DNA of 64,000 nucleotides from Escherichia coli (GTDB lineage Bacteria; Pseudomonadota; Gammaproteobacteria; Enterobacterales; Enterobacteriaceae): NCBI RefSeq assembly GCF_003790525.1, contig NZ_CP033635.1; one strand, 5' to 3'. Shown piece by piece: positions 43,498 to 53,428 of this stretch (position 1 is its first letter; each line of letters starts with the position of its first letter). The notes under the pieces were generated by a model. It saw only the letters and a program-made list of their open reading frames with translations, ran no database searches and was not told where the DNA came from. The position numbers and the translations under genes were made by a program.

Positions 43498-43875
43498 ATG
43501 AACAGTAAAGAAAATTTGCGCAGTAGATTTTTGCAACTAATGACAGAAAAAGTTAAATCAGCGCTACTTCCACTTATGGTGGATAATAACGAAGCAACGA
43601 GCAGCATCCTTGCAGACCCTTACGGTAAACTCTCGCATAAAACGCTGGATATTATTATGAGTGCATTAACACCCCGTATGCTTCAACACCTGAAACAAGA
43701 TATTAACGCATGGGTGAATGAAGAATTGAGCCCCCCCTGTTCATGGGACAGACATTATGCATGGCAGCAAAAAATGAGGATTTTCAATTCATTATCACTA
43801 AAGTTCAGAGAACCGAAACAGCGTCCCTTCCCTCTGGAATCAGATAAAAAACAACCTGATCCCACAGGCCCGTAA
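43498..43875 (+). CDS. hypothetical protein, antisense moron inside the lysis cassette
   Basis: 125-aa ORF with GAGG 8 nt upstream and a TATATAAT -10-like element at ~43428; no recognisable domain. Confidence 0.5.
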   Translation: MNSKENLRSRFLQLMTEKVKSALLPLMVDNNEATSSILADPYGKLSHKTLDIIMSALTPRMLQHLKQDINAWVNEELSPPCSWDRHYAWQQKMRIFNSLSLKFREPKQRPFPLESDKKQPDPTGP

Positions 43876-44031
43876 TATTTTGAATACCGTGATTATTGAT
43901 ATCACAATGAAAGCTATTCCGCACAGTTATGCCCTGCTCCCCACGGGGCATGCCTCATGAAACGTTCCGGGCGTTTCATGTTCCCGGATTTTGTTAAAAG
44001 GTATATTATCCCCTCACTCCCGGGATATTCG

Positions 44032-44304
44032 TCATATTTCTTTTGGTGCCTTTTTCGCAATCTCAGCCACAGCATGTGCCGTAGCCGGAACATTACCGGC
44101 ATTAGTTCGTTCCAGAATTTCGAGCAATATGCGGGTTCGTTTTTCCTGCTCCCGTTTGTTAAGGCGATAAGTAAGAACGCCAAGAATGATACTGAACGCC
44201 ACGCCGATAATAAATCCCCAATCCTGCAGTGACAGGCTGGCAAAGAACGCAACAAGTCCTGCGCTGCCGTATGCAGCGTTACTGTATCGTTCGTCCATTC
44301 TCAT
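44032..44304 (-). CDS. putative S21-like (pin)holin with dual-start motif
   Basis: MRMDERY... (Met1-Arg2-Met3), two TM segments (AAYGSAGLVAFFASLSL / WGFIIGVAFSIILGVLTY) and charged C-terminus, resembling phage 21 pinholin. Confidence 0.6.
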   Translation of the reverse strand: MRMDERYSNAAYGSAGLVAFFASLSLQDWGFIIGVAFSIILGVLTYRLNKREQEKRTRILLEILERTNAGNVPATAHAVAEIAKKAPKEI

Positions 44305-44719
44305 AGTCCCTCACCTCCGCCATCCGACATTACGGACGGCAGCAAGTCAGAATCTCGTTATAAAAAAGCCGCACGAAGAGGCTGTTTGTTCAGGTATTTT
44401 ATCCAGTGCGCCGTAAAACCCCGACCTTCAGGGTGTGGAGGATGTCAACATCAATAACTGACATTCTGCCCAAAGCTCCCGAAGATTCCCTTTGCACAAT
44501 TTCACTGACCGGATCTCAGCACAAGCCACAGGGAATGGTCAGTGTGACGCTCTCTGTGGCCCCTCCTGAAAAGCCCTGTGGTTTAATCGCGACGGACCTG
44601 GCGCGGATATGAAGCAGGCCGTGAGCACGAGCCTGGAAATTTAGTGCCGACTACCGGAATTGAAGTGGTGGCCTGATGGTTACAACTAAACTGTTCTGCC
44701 GACTGAGGTAAGTCGGCGC

Positions 44720-44796
44720 TGGACCGCCACCGGGGACTCGAACCCCGCACAGTCAGCTTAGAAGGCTGATGCTCTCTCCTGATGAGCTAGTAGCGG
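44720..44796 (-). tRNA. tRNA-Arg (anticodon UCU), CCA encoded
   Basis: Manual fold: acceptor CCGCTAC/GTGGCGG, D-arm GCTC-ATCAGGAGA-GAGC, anticodon stem TCAGC/GCTGA with loop CTTCTAA, T-arm CGGGG-TTCGAGT-CCCCG. Confidence 0.85.
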
Positions 44797-44797
44797 T

Positions 44798-44873
44798 TGG
44801 TGGCCCTTGCTGAATTTGAACCAGCGCCCTTGCGATTATGAGTCGCTCGCTCTCACCACTGAGCTAAAGGGCC
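44798..44873 (-). tRNA. tRNA with CAU anticodon (tRNA-Ile2/lysidine type or Met), CCA encoded
   Basis: Manual fold: acceptor GGCCCTT/AAGGGCC, D-arm GCTC-AGTGGTGA-GAGC, anticodon loop CTCATAA, T-arm GCTGG-TTCAAAT-TCAGC. Confidence 0.85.
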
Positions 44874-45327
44874 TCGAGCAGCATAATAACGTTACGGGAT
44901 TAATACCGCAAATCTCAGAGAAAGCCCGACAAACCCAACTAAGCGCACCTCTTATCTGGTCCGCCAAAGAGCTTAATGTCCGGTGCAGATTTTCGATGTA
45001 AAAAACCGCCTGGCTGCGGGTTTAAGTTGTGTGGCGTAGGAACCACTCTTACCATGATATGCATACTTTTACGATCGTAAAGTGTTTGTTCATACCCTGC
45101 ATGCTGCATGATTCACCCCACATACAATCTCTGGATTGTTGCGACGCTTGGCAAGATGTAATTAAAGATTATGCATTCTTCTATGCACGTATTTTTCTTC
45201 AAAAGCAATGTCTTTATTAAGGTTATATAAATAACTCATAACCCCAAATAATTAAATATATTTAGCACTTCTAATAAAAAAGATTGATCTTAATTTTTTG
45301 AGTGAAAGATAGCCATCTATTTATTAG

Positions 45328-46522
<1,195 letters not shown>

Positions 46523-46671
46523 CTTAGCTTGCATGACTTCTTATTTTGTGATAGTGGTCACATATAAAGAATCGGACTCCTTAATTTTCCTTGTATACAT
46601 TATACACAGAAATTAAATTTTCATCCTGATAGCATTTTGTCGTCCAATTAACTCCCACCAGAGGATAAAAA

Positions 46672-47778
46672 ATGAAAAATTTAACAGTGGCACTTTCTGC
46701 TGTAGCAGCATCAGTATTTCTGGCAACGTCTTCAAATGCAGCAGAAATATACAATAAAGATGCAAACAAAGTGGATTTATACGGTAAAGCAGTTGGTTTA
46801 CATTATTTTTCTTCTGATAAGGACCAAAACGGAGATCAGACTTACGCACGCCTTGGATTCAGAGGTGAAACCCAAATAAATAATTATATTACTGGTTTTG
46901 GTCAGTGGGAATATAATTTCCAGGGGAACAACCCTGAAGGGGATGGAGCTCAAACTGGAAACAAGACTCGCCTGGCATACGCTGGTCTGAAGCTTGCAGA
47001 TGCTGGCTCTCTTGACTATGGTCGTAACTACGGCGTGGTGTACGACGCATTAAGCTACACTGACGTCTTCCCGGAGTTTGGACCTACCACAGCGCAAAAG
47101 GATAACTTCTTCGTTGGTCGTGTAGGCGGTGTTGCCACATACCGCAACACTGACTTTTTTGGACTGGTCGATGGGCTTAGCTTTGCAATTCAGTATCTGG
47201 GAAAAAATGAACGCAAGGATAAACCAGATACTTCAAACGGAGAGGGTGTAGGTGGCTCTGTCAGCTATGAATATGAAGGATTTGGTTTTGTCGCAGCATA
47301 CGGCGCTGCTGATCGTACTAAAAATCAGAAAAAGGCTGAGCTTGGTAAAGGGAAAAAAGCTGAACAGTGGGCCACCGGGGTAAAATATGACGCAAATAAT
47401 CTGTACCTGGCTGCCAGTTATGGTGAAACAAATAATACCCGTGCAATATCGTATGGTGATAATATTTCAGGAGTGGCGAATAAAACCGAAGATTTCACTG
47501 TTGTGGCACAATACCAGTTCGACTTTGGATTACGCCCGTCTCTTGCTTATACCCACTCTAAAGCAAAAAACCTTTCATCCAGTACTGATATTAGTAAAAA
47601 ACATGATGACGGATATATTGAAAAATTCGTTGAAGTAGGGGCTTCTTATTACTTCAACAAAAATATGTCTACATACATAGATTACAAAATCAATATGCTC
47701 GATAAAAATAAATTCACTGAAAGAACAGGAGTATCAACCGACGATATTGTCGCTGTTGGTCTGGTTTATCAGTTCTGA
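46672..47778 (+). CDS. prophage-encoded general porin (OmpC/OmpF/NmpC/Lc family)
   Basis: 368-aa; signal peptide then [24 protein letters not shown]...GLVYQF; conserved porin blocks and C-terminal Phe. Confidence 0.85.
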   Translation: MKNLTVALSAVAASVFLATSSNAAEIYNKDANKVDLYGKAVGLHYFSSDKDQNGDQTYARLGFRGETQINNYITGFGQWEYNFQGNNPEGDGAQTGNKTRLAYAGLKLADAGSLDYGRNYGVVYDALSYTDVFPEFGPTTAQKDNFFVGRVGGVATYRNTDFFGLVDGLSFAIQYLGKNERKDKPDTSNGEGVGGSVSYEYEGFGFVAAYGAADRTKNQKKAELGKGKKAEQWATGVKYDANNLYLAASYGETNNTRAISYGDNISGVANKTEDFTVVAQYQFDFGLRPSLAYTHSKAKNLSSSTDISKKHDDGYIEKFVEVGASYYFNKNMSTYIDYKINMLDKNKFTERTGVSTDDIVAVGLVYQF

Positions 47779-47910
47779 TTTATTCTGTAAGAATATGCCG
47801 GGGGAGTGAGAACTTTTCTGGCATATAAAGTGGTGCCCTCATGCCACTGCAAAACGTTGGACAGTACTTAACTTTTCCAACGAACTTTCTGTTATTTATT
47901 AACCTTTTTG

Positions 47911-47937
47911 GTTTTTATACTTGGGCGCTTTGCGCCC
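47911..47937 (+). terminator. intrinsic terminator downstream of porin gene
   Basis: GGGCGC-ttt-GCGCCC perfect hairpin followed by attttttatttt. Confidence 0.5.
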
Positions 47938-47956
47938 ATTTTTTATTTTGTACGCC

Positions 47957-48379
47957 TTATATCCCTGCCCTGGAGGACACAGTTTTACGACGTATCGAAT
48001 AATTTGTGCTCACATATCGATCCATCTCAAGGCGAACATCCAGCATCATCAACATACCATCAACCACTCCTTCAGCTTTTTGCAAACGCTTTCCAATATG
48101 CGTATCCGAACATCCATGTTTCCTTGCTAACTTCATGAACGTCATCCCATATACGTAGTAATCAACCAGCATGTCATGCATATCGGCGTTGTTCTTTTTC
48201 AGGCGAGCCATACAACCACATATAATCATCGCGTCATCATCGGAACACTGCGATCGCGATTTTACTTTTGACGGTATCAGCCCCTTAAATCCGGCGGCAA
48301 TGCCTGACCATTCCACGTCTTCATGATTATTTGCGACCCATGCCCCCCAACGTTCAAGAACCATCTGAATATCACGCAT
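47957..48379 (-). CDS. late-gene antiterminator Q (QuuD/phage 21-type)
   Basis: 140-aa [64 protein letters not shown]..., closely resembling DLP12 QuuD. Confidence 0.85.
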   Translation of the reverse strand: MRDIQMVLERWGAWVANNHEDVEWSGIAAGFKGLIPSKVKSRSQCSDDDAMIICGCMARLKKNNADMHDMLVDYYVYGMTFMKLARKHGCSDTHIGKRLQKAEGVVDGMLMMLDVRLEMDRYVSTNYSIRRKTVSSRAGI

Positions 48380-49236
48380 TATTCACACTCCCCAACCAGA
48401 TTGAGGATGACCTCTGCACCATTGTCTTTCATATATTCGCCCTTTCCGCTTGCCAAAAACCAACGACACACCTCCACGGCTTCAGCCCGTGTCACCGGTT
48501 TGATGGTCATCAGCAATTTTTCAAGGTAGCGCTCGCGGTCATATACCGATTCGTGATGCTCAGAGTAACCATACTCATCGCCCTGTTCTTTAGTTGCAGT
48601 GTGGCGAACACTGTAGAGCCAGTCCCAGTAAACAAACTCACGAACTACGTCTGACAATGTATGAGGCTCTGGCAGTACATCACGATAGCCATCAACATAT
48701 GCACGACGCTGATCATCAATTTCATTCATACGGATGCCGTCAATTCTGCCCGCTTTCTTCTCGGCTGCAGTCCAGCCCCAGAGATGATCGTCGATAAATT
48801 TCTGGGAAGACTTGATCACTCGCTCGGCTTCCACATCTTCGAGTGCTGCTTCATAGCTACCAAACGTAGCCCTGACTGATGCTGCTTTTTTGATATTCTC
48901 CCGGGCGATCCTGATTGCCTGTGCCGGGTTATCCATGCCGATGGTACCGAAAGCAATCTGGAAAGGATCGCCACCATTCGCCAGCAGATAACGCGAATAG
49001 CGTTCCTGGGCCTCTTTTGGGGATATTTTAATTTTCACCAGCGCGGCCTCAGCAGCATCCAGATGTGCGGGTTCGTTCAGACGGATAACCTCCAGTACCC
49101 AAAGATAAGCATCAGTCTGCTTATGCCCGGTGATTCTCCGTTGCTCTGGCAGGGGTTTGATGTTTGCGAGGGCGGAGCTGTACGCTGCCGTCGGGATGGT
49201 GAATAGTGCTTTATGTTCGTTGTTATCAGTACGCAT
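48379..49236 (-). CDS. hypothetical protein (between primase and Q), function unknown
   Basis: 285-aa ORF; its stop overlaps the Q start and its start abuts the primase stop, suggesting translational coupling; no domain recognised. Confidence 0.6.
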   Translation of the reverse strand: MRTDNNEHKALFTIPTAAYSSALANIKPLPEQRRITGHKQTDAYLWVLEVIRLNEPAHLDAAEAALVKIKISPKEAQERYSRYLLANGGDPFQIAFGTIGMDNPAQAIRIARENIKKAASVRATFGSYEAALEDVEAERVIKSSQKFIDDHLWGWTAAEKKAGRIDGIRMNEIDDQRRAYVDGYRDVLPEPHTLSDVVREFVYWDWLYSVRHTATKEQGDEYGYSEHHESVYDRERYLEKLLMTIKPVTRAEAVEVCRWFLASGKGEYMKDNGAEVILNLVGECE

Positions 49237-50204
49237 TACGCAGCCGCCTTTTTCTTATGGAAAACCAGCTCCCGAACCTGATCACCGTTCATGAGCATAT
49301 TGTTGAAATCATCGTGATCCGGCCAGTACACGCTCACGCGCTGCAGGTCATTCTTTGCCATCAGATTGGCATGAGCACATTCGCAAGCCGCAGCCAGCCC
49401 GGTGGCGCTGTTCTCGTCACGGTCGGCAAAAATAATCAGGTGCAGAACACCAGCTGGTACGCGGAACTTTTTCATAAAGCCGCTGTTAATGGTTGCCCAG
49501 GTGTTCACGTTATAAATCTGGTGCGCTGACAGCGCTGTTTCGATGCCTTCGGCGATACCCAGAGTGCTGGCGACAGGAAACATGCGGATAGCTACAGAAC
49601 GAGCGTGATCCAGATAGTTATCTTCCTGCAGGGATTTTAGGCGCTTTGCACTGCTACCGATATCTGCTTTTTTATCACCATCAAGCAGGGTCTGGTGCAG
49701 ATAGCACAGCTCCCCTTTATCGTCCGTAGCAAGTGAATAAAGAGACTGGAACACACTCCCGTTGTGTCTCTGCCTGGCATTGAACCTGATCGCCTCAGCA
49801 GGAAGACTGAATATTCCACGAGAATTAAGATACGCGGCGCCGGATGTACCACGCAGTGCCTCCAGTTTTGAAAACTTGCTCAATACCCGTTTGCGTAAGC
49901 TGGTGGCGCTGCTGGTTACCGGGATTTTAACCCGTTGGTAATTATTACCGATCAGGCGGTCTATTTCGGTACAAATCACGTTAAATGGCTTCGCCTGTGT
50001 CAGGGTGACAAGTTTCATACCATCGCCACTACCACATACACAGATCCACGTTCCTGCACCGTCGCGGTCGTCAATTCGGAACTTGCCACGTGCACCGCAT
50101 ACCGGGCATTCACCCTTAAAGTGATTTTTTCCGGTTATCGGCGGCAGACCGAAGTGCTCTAATATTTCAGGCCAGCGGCCTTTCGCTGCATCTGCTGTTT
50201 TCAT
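49236..50204 (-). CDS. putative DNA primase (zinc-binding + Toprim domain)
   Basis: 322-aa; N-terminal CPVCGARGKFRIDDRDGAGTWICVCG zinc ribbon; acidic Toprim-like IIFADRDENSATG. Confidence 0.7.
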   Translation of the reverse strand: MKTADAAKGRWPEILEHFGLPPITGKNHFKGECPVCGARGKFRIDDRDGAGTWICVCGSGDGMKLVTLTQAKPFNVICTEIDRLIGNNYQRVKIPVTSSATSLRKRVLSKFSKLEALRGTSGAAYLNSRGIFSLPAEAIRFNARQRHNGSVFQSLYSLATDDKGELCYLHQTLLDGDKKADIGSSAKRLKSLQEDNYLDHARSVAIRMFPVASTLGIAEGIETALSAHQIYNVNTWATINSGFMKKFRVPAGVLHLIIFADRDENSATGLAAACECAHANLMAKNDLQRVSVYWPDHDDFNNMLMNGDQVRELVFHKKKAAA

Positions 50205-50205
50205 C

Positions 50206-51864
50206 TTACTGACTCAGACTGTTTATATTTTTCTGGAGTTGTTGCTTTGCCTGCATAATGCGCCAAGCCTCACTTTCTTCCGGTGGAACATACCGGCCAC
50301 CAACAACCAGTGGCAGAGAAAGCACTTCGGATGAGTTTTTCGTCATCCTCCGTGTCCGTTCACGACCTTTAGCAAACCGGATCAGCTTGTGTCTGATGTA
50401 GTTACTTACCTCTGGGCTTATTTCCATCGGGAAACTGCTCAACCCATCAGGCCATTCACCGAATTTCTCCCTGAAAGTGTGAGCGCACCATCCATCACTG
50501 ACTGGACGCCCCAGTGAGGCACGCTGGCGCTGATAAAATTTGATCTGACTCCACCAGGCCTGTTTCTCTGCCTTCGTGGACTGATGCTGATTTTTACCCA
50601 GCTTATTAAGTTTGCGGCTAGTGTCAGTATCAACGTCTTCACCTCGCAGCGGCTTGTGTCCACATTTCGGGCAAACATAGACGCCAGCTGGCTTCATGTA
50701 GTGGCATTGAGGGCATTCATGTGGCAATTTTTCGGCCCGTTCCTCAACTGCGCGGCGCGTGCTTTCCTCCATGCCGTCAGACTTACCGGGAAGATCGTCG
50801 TACTCGATTGAATCCGGATAACCCAGACGGTGCACGGTGCCGCTGTGATCGAAGATAAGGCAGGACGCTTTACCCGGTGCGGTGCGAAGTCCACGCCCGA
50901 GTGCCTGCAACCAGCGAATTTCGCTTTTTGTTGGCCTGGCGTAGATGATGCAACGAACGTCACTATCGAATCCGGCTACCAGAACGCCCACACTAACGAT
51001 GATTTTCGTTGCACCGGTTTCAAAGCGGTGAATGATGGTCTGGCGCTCATCTACCGGAGTGTCGGCGGTCATTACCTCAGCGTTAACACCCGCCAGGTTA
51101 AACTGGATTGTCAGATAATTGGCGTGAGCTACGTTGACGCAGAAAGCGATGGTAGGTAAATCCCGACCATTCTCCAGCCAGTTCTGTACGATGTCGCCCA
51201 CCAGCGTAGAGCCGCACATGATTTCAGCCAGCTGCGTTTCGTTGTAATCCCGGCCGTACTCAAGCGAAGATGTGGTTTTAACACCTTTCAGATCCGGCTT
51301 AGTTGGCGCGTAAAATTCGTATTTACTCAGATCGCCACGCTGGATTAACTCGCCGATGGTGGTCGGCTTAATCAGTCGGTCATAGTATTTGCCCAGGAAC
51401 GGAGAAAACGGAGTACCCGACAGGCCAATCACCTTTACGCCTTTGCCGCGCAGACGTTCGATATCCTTCAGGATGCGTTTTTTACGCAGGTGCGCTTCGT
51501 CGATAATCAGCAGATCGATATTTTCAGGAAAAACACGACGAATAAGCGTGTCAGCGCTGGCAATCTGAATTTTCCGGTCCGGATCGTAGTTCGGGTGATC
51601 CGCCCAGATATAACCGATTTCATCTCCAGGTAAACCATACTGCACGAACCGATTAGCCGTCTGACCAATCAGGATGGTGTACGGAACACAGAACAGAACA
51701 CGCATACCACGGCTGACAAAACCAGCAACTATGAAGGCTGCCAGACCCGTTTTACCGCTACCTGTTGGCGAGTAAACCATGAAGGTGTCGTTTGCCTTCC
51801 AGTCACGGCGCAACATGTTTAGCGCTCGTTCCTGTGCAAAATTCGGCGTGATTGTCAGCTGCAT
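50206..51864 (-). CDS. SF2 (DEAD/DEAH-box) helicase with C-terminal zinc ribbon
   Basis: 552-aa; Walker A SPTGSGKT, DEAH box LLIIDEAH, C-terminal CPQCHY...CPKCGH. Confidence 0.8.
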   Translation of the reverse strand: MQLTITPNFAQERALNMLRRDWKANDTFMVYSPTGSGKTGLAAFIVAGFVSRGMRVLFCVPYTILIGQTANRFVQYGLPGDEIGYIWADHPNYDPDRKIQIASADTLIRRVFPENIDLLIIDEAHLRKKRILKDIERLRGKGVKVIGLSGTPFSPFLGKYYDRLIKPTTIGELIQRGDLSKYEFYAPTKPDLKGVKTTSSLEYGRDYNETQLAEIMCGSTLVGDIVQNWLENGRDLPTIAFCVNVAHANYLTIQFNLAGVNAEVMTADTPVDERQTIIHRFETGATKIIVSVGVLVAGFDSDVRCIIYARPTKSEIRWLQALGRGLRTAPGKASCLIFDHSGTVHRLGYPDSIEYDDLPGKSDGMEESTRRAVEERAEKLPHECPQCHYMKPAGVYVCPKCGHKPLRGEDVDTDTSRKLNKLGKNQHQSTKAEKQAWWSQIKFYQRQRASLGRPVSDGWCAHTFREKFGEWPDGLSSFPMEISPEVSNYIRHKLIRFAKGRERTRRMTKNSSEVLSLPLVVGGRYVPPEESEAWRIMQAKQQLQKNINSLSQ

Positions 51865-52475
51865 TGTGCTGCCTCCCCATGGTTCAGCGGGAGGCGCCTG
51901 AAATGGTGACCGCGATGAGACTTTGTTCTTCCAGCAATAACAGCATAAACACTACCGTGATCAAACCCGGCACTAATTAGCGCCTTTTTCCCGCAAAAGG
52001 TTTGCTCTTCCCTGGTCGCAATATTTGTGGCGACAATCAGGCCCTTAAATTGTTTGTTGTTCGCCCCCTGAGAATTATTCAGCCCGGTGTGAATAGAATG
52101 CTGAATGTTTTCGCTATGGCTAACCCACTCCAGATTGGATGCATGGTTATTCAGCTTGTTGCCGTCCTTATGGTTCACTTCAGGGTGGTTGTAAGGGTTG
52201 CTGCAAAAAGCCAGCGCTACCAGACGGTGTACGGCAAAAGTTTGGCGATTACGTTTGTAGCTCAGGTTAACGGTTTTATATCCATCCCGGCGCACTCTTC
52301 CCTTGAGGAACACGCCACGAATTTGGCGAATAAAAAATTCCGATTCAGCAATTCGATTAACCCCACGGATGCGTCCCGCCGAGCTAACGAGGTAAGCATC
52401 ACCATACGGAGCAACAGGAACCGGAAGCCATTTTTCACCATCAAAACTGTTAACCATAAAATCACCTCTGAACAT
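51855..52475 (-). CDS. HNH homing-endonuclease-like protein (NUMOD4-like N-terminus + HNH motif)
   Basis: GEKWLPVPVAPYGDAYLVSSAGRIRGV...; HNH core HKDGNKLNNHASNLEWVSHSEN; alternative start at 52457. Confidence 0.8.
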   Translation of the reverse strand: MFRGDFMVNSFDGEKWLPVPVAPYGDAYLVSSAGRIRGVNRIAESEFFIRQIRGVFLKGRVRRDGYKTVNLSYKRNRQTFAVHRLVALAFCSNPYNHPEVNHKDGNKLNNHASNLEWVSHSENIQHSIHTGLNNSQGANNKQFKGLIVATNIATREEQTFCGKKALISAGFDHGSVYAVIAGRTKSHRGHHFRRLPLNHGEAAQCS

Positions 52476-52715
52476 TTACATCTGGACGTCTAGGCGTCCG
52501 CACATCTTCTGGTATTTCCCCTTTACAGAGATCTACCTAACCTATGTACCCGTCTTCTTGGAAAAGCCTGTTCCAGCGCTTCGCGCTAAAAGATCAACAC
52601 CGCCCCCTTTCCCCCATAAACATTTAGGGGGTGGTAAATACATCCAGACATATAGACGTCTAAATATTTTTACCATTTTCAATCAGCCACCGGACACCTT
52701 TAAGCCCGGTACCAA

Positions 52716-53009
52716 TCAGGAGCGCGATTGCGTTCCTGCCAGGGGCGGCTGAGTTGTATACCCCTGTAAAGCTCTGCCCTGATTTCTCACAAACAAGCGG
52801 AGCCTTGTGTTTGCTTCGTGCCTTGCTCTGTTCTCCTTGCGGAATGAAACAGGCTCAGCGTCAAAAGTGATTTCGTATACCTCCGCATATTTCAGGGCGA
52901 CCTTCCGTCTCAGTGACGGTGGCAGCCCCTGTAACTGCTGCTGAATCCACTCTTCGTCTGCCTGGCAGTACCTAGATGGCATCTCTGTCTGAACGTAATT
53001 CTGGGACAT
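52716..53009 (-). CDS. hypothetical protein at the cII position
   Basis: 97-aa ORF immediately downstream of cro on the same strand; no sequence similarity to lambda CII recognised. Confidence 0.5.
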   Translation of the reverse strand: MSQNYVQTEMPSRYCQADEEWIQQQLQGLPPSLRRKVALKYAEVYEITFDAEPVSFRKENRARHEANTRLRLFVRNQGRALQGYTTQPPLAGTQSRS

Positions 53010-53021
53010 ACAAGCCCTTCA

Positions 53022-53294
53022 TCATTCGTTTTTCATAACTGCCGCATTTGTGGCTGTGTGACTTCTACGTAACAAATCAGGGATTGCATCTTCAGGATGG
53101 GGATAAAGATCTGGTCTTAACCCATGAGGAGTAACTTTCCATTCCACAACTTCACATACACGCAAGACGAAACGAGCAGGAATTGTTCTTTTTGAAAACC
53201 ATTGGTTCACAGCTTGCGGCGTAACGCCTAGATTTCGCGCTATGGCATTTTGTGCAATTAGCTCACGAAGTGCGTCGTAATCATTTCCTTTCAT
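53022..53294 (-). CDS. Cro-like HTH repressor (YdaS/Cro family)
   Basis: 90-aa with HTH NAIARNLGVTPQAVNQWFSK, divergent from cI. Confidence 0.75.
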   Translation of the reverse strand: MKGNDYDALRELIAQNAIARNLGVTPQAVNQWFSKRTIPARFVLRVCEVVEWKVTPHGLRPDLYPHPEDAIPDLLRRSHTATNAAVMKNE

Positions 53295-53428
53295 CGCAAC
53301 CCACCAATCTAAACTTTATAAATTCAAGATTACATCAAGTTTAAATTAACATGCAAGTCCACAAAAGATCGAATACACTAAAATCAAGTAAAAATTTATC
53401 GAAACCAAGTAACCAGCAAGGATTAACA
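53295..53428. promoter_or_regulatory. OR-like divergent promoter/operator region between cro and cI
   Basis: AT-rich; contains ATCAAGT-type repeats including the 13-mer AAATCAAGTAAAA (53381-53393) that recurs downstream of cI. Confidence 0.5.

Noticed and set aside
43914-44255. 113-aa minus-strand ORF overlapping the holin candidate
   Set aside because: Alternative frame of the holin region; the 90-aa frame has the TM architecture and dual-start motif expected of a holin, this one does not.
44305-44640. Searched for stxA/stxB or another toxin cargo between the tRNAs and the holin
   Set aside because: Only about 330 bp with no convincing ORF; the 68-aa plus-strand ORF 44406-44612 has no start context or recognisable features.
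44645-44717. Possible third tRNA adjacent to tRNA-Arg, by analogy with the ileZ-argN-argO trio of Stx phages
   Set aside because: A 7-bp acceptor-like stem (GCCGACT/AGTCGGC) exists, but the D, anticodon and T stems do not pair and the 3' end reads CTA rather than CCA. More likely a degenerate remnant or a simple processing hairpin (gccgact-gaggta-agtcggc).
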